A program made the position numbers and the translations under genes. The notes under the pieces were generated by a model. The model had not been told where the DNA came from. It did not search any database and saw only the letters and a list, made by a program, of their open reading frames with translations. A DNA stretch of 64,000 bases from the NCBI GenBank assembly GCA_951406725.2, contig OX597814.1:178126001-178190000 (forward strand), written 5' to 3'. Origin of the DNA: Octopus vulgaris. Taxonomy: Eukaryota. Positions 54,570-64,000 of this stretch are shown here, piece by piece. Position 1 is the stretch's first letter. Each line of letters starts with the position of its first letter.

Positions 54570-54770
54570 GAAGGCGGTTAGCTGGCCGAAACGTAATCAT
54601 TAGCACGCCGGATTTATGCACACGTTCAATTTTCGCCGATGTCTACTTTGCCTTTCATCTAGTCAGGGTTGATAAACAAAATATCAGTTGAGCACGGAGA
54701 TTTTGAAAGCAATCGATTTGCCTCATCCCTCAAAATTTCGAGCTTAGTACGCATAAGTAGTAAGAATTAC
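54570..54770 (+). mobile_element. SINE family A, degenerate
   Basis: AAGGCGGTTAGCTGGCCGAAACGT..TAGCACGCCGG..CTTTGCCTTTCATC. Confidence 0.75.
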
Positions 54771-56074
54771 AATCACGATAAGTGTGGGGCACGATCATGA
54801 GTTGCGAGGGCAAAATTCTCATGGTACTTATTTACAATGTCTTTACACTCTGAATTCATATCCCACTGTTTGTTCCAAATGCGTATCTTCATCGTTTCCG
54901 CATCGATGAAACAGAGTACCAATCGTCTTCTTGAATCTATTTAACCGAATGCTCAGTCGTTATTGCTTTTCAGTAATTGACAGTAATGTGAATACAGCGA
55001 CGCTTGTTATATGGTAATGTATGGCAAATTCAATATTGTGGTACACGAAATATCTTTGGCTGTTCAAAAATAACAAACAAACCATACACCGGCGGACTTA
55101 GAACTTACTTCAAAAACACAAAAAGAAAAAAACCCAAAAGTTCCCCAGCGGATCTAATTAATAATATTTCTTGAGTTATCTTTGCTATAAGTCTTTTTCT
55201 GATTAAAATATATAGAAGTTATGAGCTATGAAATATCAATTCGACTTTTGATTCTCCATATATTCCGAACATGTGTCTATGTAATATCAAGGCCTCCACA
55301 GGTCAAAGCTGTACATGTATTTGCATATGAATGTGTATGCAAGGACATCACTTTTTCATAAAAGCCTTGCAGTTTCTCATGCATACAAACTCTCTTCCTC
55401 ACTTCAGAGATGTAAAAATTGGCTCCAGTGTTGTCGCACGCGTAGCCTAGGAATGGAAGGCGTCAGAAGAAATGCCTTATGGATTCTGATACATTTCCTT
55501 CGCTCCATCGCTGGGCTTTGGTACATTTTATCCACACACCGAATAGCTGGAAGTCAGGGTTAACCTCGGCAGAATTTGAACTCAAAATGGTAGAGAATAG
55601 TCTAGTCAACGTTGTAGCGGCAATGCCAGTTAACCATCTTTGAAATATATTGTGTTTCAAAGTAACACCGTTTGTTAAGCAATGTTGTAATTGCTAATAT
55701 GATTATTACAAGCTTGAAATATGGAACAGTTAGCTGAAAGAAAAGGCTTGATGCTTTGCTGTAACATCTATTTATGCTTCCTTAAGCGAATCAGGACGGC
55801 ATAATATAAACAAATGATAGCGCAACTACAAGTTACCTTGTATTTAGTAAGGTCTATTTATATCCTGAGCTCAAATGTGTGGTGTTCATAAAAGGATAAG
55901 CAACAGTAATGTACAGAAGTGCATTGAAGTATTAAGAAATTTTCCAGGACATGGCCATTATAAAAGCTTCCGTTAAGGAGAAGAGCGGATGTAGTCCAAA
56001 TTCGATGCAAAGTAAGCATTATTTGACTAAAATAAATGAGATATTTTAGTCAATATCCTCTGCTGTAAAGATTG

Positions 56075-56276
56075 AGAGTTGGCTGATACATTAGCACACC
56101 GCAAAAATGCTTCGTGATATTTAATCAGCTTTACATTCTGTGTTCAAATACCGCAGAGGTCGACTTTGCTTTTCATCCTTCTGGTACCAATAGAATAAAT
56201 ACTAGTTGAGTACTGGAGGCGATGTACTCGACCTACCCTTCCTTCAAAGTTGCTGGTCCAAAATTTGAAACCAATA
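56075..56276 (+). mobile_element. SINE family A
   Basis: GTTCAAATACCGCAGAGGTCGACTTTGCTTTTCATCCTT..AAATTTGAAACCAAT. Confidence 0.8.
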
Positions 56277-56328
56277 TCTTCCGTTATATATAAGTATAAT
56301 TGAAAAGTTTGACGTGTATGTATGCATG

Positions 56329-56405
<77 letters not shown>

Positions 56406-58064
56406 AATGTGCTGTTCTGTGACAAAAAATTTAACAAAACAGTACTCCCATCTGGTGAGAGATAAGTATTATTTATTTAAAGGTCATAATACTTGTATAA
56501 ACACACTACTATTAATCCACCTACTTGATTTCACTGGTGCACAAAAGGTACCCCCGTGCGGGCTAATATGCACTTGTATAGTTTTAAAACTAGGCAATAA
56601 CATAACAACTTACCTAGAACTACTACGTACCTCAGCTGACCAGAAATATTACTTCCTCCTTCCAGCCCCCCCTCCTTATAATTTATTTATCTGACACCAC
56701 TCCTATATCTTCTTTCCCTTTGATTTTGTTTAAATGTATTTTCAGGGTATCACGATATATTTACTTATTTATTCTACTGTAGACCCACAAATGACCTCTG
56801 CCCAAATTCACAAAGACATTCCCCTAGCTAGCTTCAATAATATCAAATTTCCCCCTACTGGACCCCTCCTTCGCTGATAAGCTTTTCTTGTCAATCGGTA
56901 TACTTTCCACACATTTTCAATCGAACCTTTTGCGTGTTAACATAGAATCACTTAACGACAATGTTCACATCTTTTGATTAAGTTTTCTTTAGACTAATGA
57001 GTTGCTAGTGGATCGCCCCTTGTGTGGTAATTACTACTAACAAGGCTCTGCTAGTTATGACATATACGTAACTAGTATTTTTTTCTACTATATTCCCTAA
57101 TCTTGGATTTCTATTGGCATACACATCAACCCCTGGTGCTAACCGTAAGCTATAAAACAATTTTTTCAGCTTATCGAACTTTTCGATACGTGACAAACTT
57201 ACAACACCCAACGTCAATAAAATACTTTTGTTCCTGAAATTTGTTCTTTGTACCTTCTACGGACTGCTCGAAGCCTATTATCTCCCTACACTGTGATCCT
57301 TGGATCTTGATTTACACACACTCACACATACTTCTTTTGTTACGCGAGCAAATTGAAGGCTTACCCATGTATTTTGTTCGTCTGTATGTATTAGTACCAT
57401 AAGGCACATTTCCCCTTGTTTTGTTTTCATTTTCGAGTACGTATAGACAAATATTATTAGGGTAGCACATATATATTCTGAGGCAAACTGCAGGGTTGTT
57501 ATAAACATAACTAGAATATCTATCCTACATGTTGCAAAAAGGACGACATACAATAATCTATTTTCTTTTAACTTTTGCAAACTCATTTCAAACTTTAGTA
57601 TTAAAATTTCCCAGCAAATTTAGATTTTATTTTATTTTAGATATTTTTCTATTTCTAGCGTTAGGTATTAAAAATAAGTTAAATGTCGGACTATATTTGT
57701 CTCTTCCCAACAATGAAGCGTGTAGGGGATCGCTCGAATCGCTAATTTTATTCACTAAGTCTTTCCGAAATCACAAGTTTTCTCTGAGAATAGAAAGGTA
57801 TGTAATATCTAATACAGTACTCTGATCGCTGTGCCTGAGAAAGCGACGGTATTGTCAAGGCTGGAATACCTCAGACAATATATTTAGCTAACCCTATCCA
57901 TCTGTGAGTTGTTATAGTTGCTCATATTGTAAGATCAAATTTTGCCAGTTTATTTCTTATCAATCCAAGTTTTGGTTCCGGAAAAATAAATATAAATCAT
58001 CGAGTAATATCGAGAAAAGCACCTAAATACACGCCACCTACATTTGTCGCTTTGTACTAATGTT

Positions 58065-58658
58065 GATATCAAATTTTAGAACCAAGGCCAGAAATTTCGA
58101 GGAAAGCCATACGTTGATTACATCTCATCCAATTCTCAATCGTTACTTATTTCATCGATCTCGAATGGATAACAGGCAAGGTCGATCTCGGTAGTATTTA
58201 AACTCAGAAAGTAAAGTCAAATAAATGTTGCTAAACATTTTGTCCTTACGGCCAGGTTACTTATTTCTTTATTGCCCACAAGGGGCTAAACATAGAGGAG
58301 ACAAACAAGGAGAGACAAGGGGATTAAGTTGATTACACCGAGTTAATTTATCGATCTCGAAAGGATGAAAGGCACAGTCGTCGTCGGCGGTATTTGAACT
58401 CAGAACGTAACGACAGACGAAATACCTATTTCTTTACTATTCATAAGGGGTTAAACACTGAGAGGACAAACAAGGACAGACAAACGGATTAAGTCGATTA
58501 TATCGACTCCAGTGCGTAACTGATACTTATTTAATCGACCCCGAAAGGATGAAAGGCAAAGTCGACCTCGGCGGAATTTGAACTCAGAACGTAACGGCAG
58601 ACGAAATATCGCCAGGCATTTCGCCCGGCGTGCTAACGATTCTGCCAGCTCACTGCCT
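58065..58658 (-). mobile_element. SINE family A, multimeric or nested (three core copies)
   Basis: GGATGAAAGGCAAAGTCGAC-type core at about 58165, 58365 and 58550; head at 58620-58658. Confidence 0.9.
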
Positions 58659-59856
58659 CAACTTGTGCCAATATTAGAAGTCAATATTTCAATGACGACT
58701 ACTTTATTATTGGTGATTTACGTTTTAGTTTTCTTGCTGTCACAATCCTGACAAAAACTTAGTTAATTACCTCTATAATTACCATTATTAAACACAGAAC
58801 GCGTTAAATTGGAAAGACAATAATGCTTCTTTTTTTTCTTTTCTAGAGAAAATACAAAAATGCTTGCCTTTTTTTAATCTAACTTCTGAAATATGTAATG
58901 ACGTAAATCTTCTGCACTTTCTCTTTTCGATATCCCAAAATTTTGTTTTATAAAATATAAATTTTCGAAGTAAATATTCGAATAAAATATACAGTTTGAA
59001 TTTTCGGCAGCAGCAAGATATACAGATCTAATTTTTAATCTCAGCATCGAAGCTAATAATATTCGCTGTTGAAAACTAGAATCTAGTTGTTGCTGTCTCA
59101 GCATTTTCATTGGTGGAAGTGGTTGTGAAATTAAGCGGTTGTAATAACTGACTTATTCACGTTGATTCGATGAGTGAAAACTCCTTAAAATAAATAAATA
59201 AATAAAATTAAATTAAAATAAATCAAAAATATATTTCTTGTTTTTCCTTTGCTCCTATGACAGTTGTAATTATGATATTTATTTTTCCTGATAATTATTT
59301 TCTACAGCAATCAAATTTAATTAGTTAAGCAATTAGATCATAGCGTGTGGTTAACATTCTAAATATCATATTGCAGATTCGGTTGTTCTATGAAGAGAAA
59401 CGAGAGAAAATATTTTGCATCACTTCCCCAATATTAACACTTTATCCTGGTCCTTTAAAAAATATTCTATAACATTACTCGCTTTAACTGGATTATTATA
59501 AGTTGCTGATAAAAATCTCTCATTAACGACTTCGAACATTTCTTGACAATAACACTGATTTCCTAATTGAACATTTTGATTAATTGCCCTTTCTTTAGCC
59601 ATACTGTAATGCACTCCCCTTTGTTAAGATGCCCCATTCAATGGTCTTCTAACCGGAAATAATGGCCAATTGTCTCTCAGACTACACTCTGCTGTCTTAC
59701 ATATTTTTCTGTTGATACAATCTATCCGAAATCTAGTGCACCTCAATTTCACACTTATTCAAATCAGGACAATTTACATGATCTTTCAGCTCTAGAACTG
59801 AATTTTTAAGAACCTGGACCAAATTTGCAGAGAGTTACCAACTTCATTTATGTTAT

Positions 59857-60680
59857 AGAGGCTAATGCAGTTTTGCACCTCTCCTTGAAAAATGCATTTT
59901 TCTGAAAAAAATTATTTTTCGGATTCTTACATTTTAGATGACGGGGATTACGAATATGCAAAAAAAAAAATTAATTTCGACCAATTAAAATTTTTAATTT
60001 TCCTAACTTTAAAGAGATCGTAGCGTACTGACGAACATATGCAAATCGAAATTAAATTCACACAAAAACATTAAAGTGAAAAGCATTTACGTTTTACTTG
60101 TGTTTGCCTTAAATAATCGTAAATAATAATTGAATGTAAATTAAATATACACCATTTTATGAGAAGCAAACATTAATATTTAAAAGATTAATGTCATAAA
60201 GTTTAATAAGGGACTCAAATTTCACCCCTCCCCCAATTTTACATTTTGAACTTTTTCCATCCATTTATATATTTGTCTGTCAATCTATTTATCCCTATCC
60301 GTTTATTCATGAAAATATATTTGTCAACTAAACGTGGCGGTCCTATATAAGACGGTGTTACTGTTGCTTTTAGCCCCAGGAAGGCATTCATATTTATCTA
60401 TCTCTTTATACACTTATCTATATGTTTATTGAATTTAGAAGTTTCAAAACGTGGTTTCCTGCATATCTGGAATCTCTGTTATCTAAATCATAGGGAGAAA
60501 AAATTTCGAAAAAGTTCAAAATTTTAGATGGGAAGGGGAGTAATAGTTGTATTGGGGTGTAATTTTTTTTCTTTTTTGCATATCCATAATCTCCGACATC
60601 TGAAACGAAGGAATCTGAAAAAAAAAAAAACTTTAAAAAAATGCATTTTTCAAGGAGAGGTGTGAAACTGCATTAGCCCC
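59857..60680. mobile_element. Non-autonomous DNA transposon with long (~110 bp) TIRs
   Basis: GGCTAATGCAGTTTTGCACCTCTCCTTGAAAAATGCATTTTT..GATTACGAATATGCAAAA versus TTTTGCATATCCATAATC..AAAAATGCATTTTTCAAGGAGAGGTGTGAAACTGCATTAGCC; inner IR 60221-60258 / 60508-60540. Confidence 0.85.
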
Positions 60681-61859
60681 ATTTTGTACCTGTTATTTAT
60701 TTCAGAAAGTCTCTTTCCAGATTCGTTAACCGATATATTGTGCGAAAACAAGAAAATAAAGAAGTTGAAGTGTTAGGGAAATTTTCATCATGATATATTT
60801 CAAATGCGCGTTGTGTGTATATATGTGTGTGTGTGTGTGCGTGCATGTATGAGTGTGTGTGTGTGTGTGTGCGTGCATGTATGAGTGTGTGTGTGTATGT
60901 GTGCATGTATGTGTGTGTATGCACAGGTATGAGTGTGCGTGTGTGAGTATATGCATGAACGAGTGTATGTATGTATGTATGTATATGAGTATGTTAGTGT
61001 GTGCATGTATGAGTGTGTGTATGTTTGTGTTTAAGTCCTACAATGTTAAACGTCCACGTGACCCTGTAGTAACAAGTGAATTAAATCGAATCATATATCA
61101 GAAGTTAGCCGCAGATATTTCAGTTCAGCTACGTCTACAGAAAATGTAAAAATTAAATACCATATTAACAGGCACTGTGTAGTACCCGTGTCCCAATATG
61201 ATGACTCAGGAACCGACCCATTATAGCACTTGGCTCGTTAATAATTGGCAAGATAATAGACATAATCTGCATTAAAGCAAAAATATATATTATCAAACGC
61301 CAGCTTATTTCATGCTTGGCCATGTGTTGATACATTACTGGCAGGTTATTAAAACTATGCAATAAGTGTCACTATATGCCTTATGAATTAACATCCGTTT
61401 AAGTACATGAACGATTTCTAAAAATCGAATCAAATTGAAAAAAATCAAATCGAATGATATATTACTTATGTTCGCTGCTACTAGAAGAAAAACAGTATGA
61501 TTTTTTCACTCACATGTCATTGGAAAATAGAATGATTCGTTACACCAGATACTGTAATATATGAATTCCACAGCGAGACTGATTATAACATTATCGTTAA
61601 TATAAGTTTTCATTATGCTTCATAGTGCAACTACTGATTTGGTAAACGTTATCCACTTGACTAATCATTTTTAATGAGAAATACGATTTTGATTAGTCTC
61701 ATTAGCTCAGTCAGTGAGACAAAGCTGTAATGACGTTCATCAACTTCCCAACCAAATAAACAGACTACTAGCCAAGAAAGGAGTCTTTATATGATCAGGG
61801 GACTTACTAGAAATATCAACTAAATATAGTTTTCTTTAATTACTCTTAAAATAATAAAT

Positions 61860-62081
61860 GCGCCATTTTTAAAGCCTAACCAGGCTCAGGGACCCGGTTT
61901 CCCGGTTTCTATGGCGTATGTGTTCCCCAGCGTTACCAATTTTTGCCACCCCAGTGGACTGGTGCAACGTAAAATGAAGTGTTTTGCTCAAGAACACAAC
62001 GCGTCACCCGGTCCAGGAATTGAAACCACAATCTTACGATCATGATGCTTACACCCTAACCACTAAACCACGCGCCTCCAC
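61860..62081 (-). mobile_element. tRNA-derived SINE (family B-related head)
   Basis: Minus strand GGAGGCGCGTGGTTTAGTGGTTAGGGTG A box, GGTTTCAATTCC B box. Confidence 0.88.
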
Positions 62082-62104
62082 TTAATTACTTTGAAGCGTT
62101 TTCA

Positions 62105-62575
62105 AAACAAAGGATGGATACATTAGACAATGCAGTCGCACACACTTGTGTAAGAATTGTTAGCTGGAATGCTTTTGGTCATTCAGCGTCTTTTCTATTA
62201 TTGTTGACCTGCGCCTAGGTAACAACAGTGAAACGTTCTTCCAGAACTCTCGAAACAATAAGAGATAATGGATAATGTAGTCCTACTTATGCTATACCTT
62301 AAAAACATGGGATTGTCATGATTCGAATGCTACTGATCGAACGACAACTCAATTAGGTTTCACTTAAGGCTAAACAAAACCACCACCGACAACAACAATA
62401 GCAGCAGCAGCAACAACATCAGCAGCAATCCAATCAAATAACACATTACTATCTAGAAAAAGGAGACAGTGAATAACGTACTCATACATTCGTAGTAGTT
62501 GAAACAAACGGGACTGTCATAGCTGGAATGCCGTTTAGCAAGCACATGCTACGGATTGACAGAAACTAAACAACA
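62105..62575. repeat. Three diverged head-to-tail copies of a ~130 bp repeat ending in AAACAACA-like tails
   Basis: Recurring GGATAATGTAGTC..GGGA(T/C)TGTCAT(A/G)GCTGGAATGC..TAAACAA; related fragments near 41590-41650 and 40680-40760. Confidence 0.6.
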
Positions 62576-62663
62576 TTTGCTCTTAGTTGTTGTCGTTAAT
62601 AGGCTTCGTAATCAAAAGCATTCGAGAATCCACTCGTGACAACGTAGTCTTTATCTCGTAGTA

Positions 62664-63029
62664 TACTCTTTTACTTGTTTCAGTCATTTGACAGTAACCA
62701 TCATGGAGCACCGCCTTTAATCGAGCAAATCGACTCCATGACTTATTCTTTGTAAGCCTAGTTTTTATTCTAACGGTTTCTTTTGCCGAACCGCTAAGTT
62801 ACAAGGATGTAAAAACACCAGCATCGGTTGTCACGCGATGTTGTATACACATATATACGACGGGCTTCTTTCAGTTTCCATCTACCGTCTACCAAATACG
62901 CAAACAAGGCTTTGGTCGGCCAGAGGCTATAGTAGAAGACACTACTAGCCCAAGGTTCCACGCAGTGGGACTGAACCTTGAACGATGTGGTTCGTAAGCA
63001 AGCTACTTCACACACAGCTACTCCTACGC
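62664..63029 (-). mobile_element. Full-length SINE family C
   Basis: Colinear reverse complement of 17043-17450. Confidence 0.92.
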
Positions 63030-63673
63030 AACTATTTGGCAACTAAATAGTAACTAATTCATTATTTTGATATGTGTGACGTGTGAAAAGTCTTACTGAT
63101 ATATCTCGTAGAGAAACGACAACAACGAGAGTGGTTACTCTGATGGAAATTTCAGCCATGACATTCTTGTATTTATTGGGCCTTTTCCCCAGAGATTAGA
63201 AAATAATTTGAGCGCTATATATATAGTCAAGCCATCACGTAGAAGCTAAGACTTCGACTCATTATTGCAGGTATTACGTTGTGGTGTTTTAGCCCTAGAT
63301 CAATCCCCACTCCTCAGACATATGTGTTCTAACCGGTTGTCCGTACGACTAGGTAAACTTCAGAGATCCGTTGTTTCAGATAAGCCACAGAACCACCAGG
63401 TAACGGGAATACCCACACTGCAAAGTAAAACTTTCAGTTTACCGTATACGTTGCAGAAGAACTCTCTAGATGTTTCTATTTTGCAGCTAGGCAGTCTTAG
63501 CCAGTATGTTAGTAGTTCTTCTTATGGCAGAATCTTAATGATAACACACTACAGCGATATCAGATCCACTCTATCTATTTTTCAGGATTACATTGGTTAT
63601 TGTGTCATTTAAGGTTTAAAGACGTACTAGTTACTTCAATACCAACTGTTTTTGTAGCTTTTGTTTTTGAGGC

Positions 63674-63870
63674 TGTTGTTAAGCAACAAGACGGGTAAGG
63701 GTGATTAGGTGATGGTCTAGGGCTTAGGGGCGGGAGACTCCAGACCTTGGAAAAAAAAACTTTGGTTGTCCCGTTTTAGTCGAGGGCTTTTCGTCGACGC
63801 CCGACACCACTGGGAGGTGGCCCTCGAAGTCGCTGGAAATGGAGATCTCCAAGTCCAAATTCTTGGACTG
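63674..63870 (-). mobile_element. ~195 bp structured repeat with an HDV-like ribozyme candidate (core 63780-63833)
   Basis: Minus-strand core GCGAC-T-TCGAGGGCC-ACC-TCCCAGT-GGT-GTCG-GG-CGTCGA-CGAAA-AGCCCTCGA; homologous to 40845-41040. Confidence 0.62.
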
Positions 63871-64000
63871 CTATTGCTGTGGCTGTCACTAGAGATAAAG
63901 TTTGACTATGAAAGATGAGGTAAAATAACCAGTTTTTTAAACTACAATTATCATCAGTGATGTGCAACGCAATACAACAATGCCGCATTTGAGAATGACT

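Overview
AT-rich, microsatellite-dense eukaryotic non-coding DNA (intergenic or a large intron). The repeat content suggests a coleoid cephalopod such as Octopus (inference from recalled repeat families, not a database result). No intact cellular protein-coding gene is supported: nearly all ORFs in the track are translations of (TA)n, (CA)n, (CATA)n or trinucleotide repeats. The window holds at least three tRNA-like SINE families, decayed Tc1/mariner transposases (DD37D type and mariner type), an R4/Dong-type LINE 3' end, non-autonomous Helitron-like elements, MITEs, and a 1.35 kb duplication around a 100-N gap. The most interesting signals are candidate catalytic RNAs. About ten minimal type I hammerhead-like motifs from several unrelated repeat families lie next to (TA)n-type tracts, as expected of Penelope-like element termini. 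A separate ~195 bp repeat, present at two independent loci, carries a compact HDV-like double-pseudoknot core. Two long foldback hairpins are also present, one centred on a broken hammerhead. All structures were assigned by eye and none is experimentally or computationally verified.
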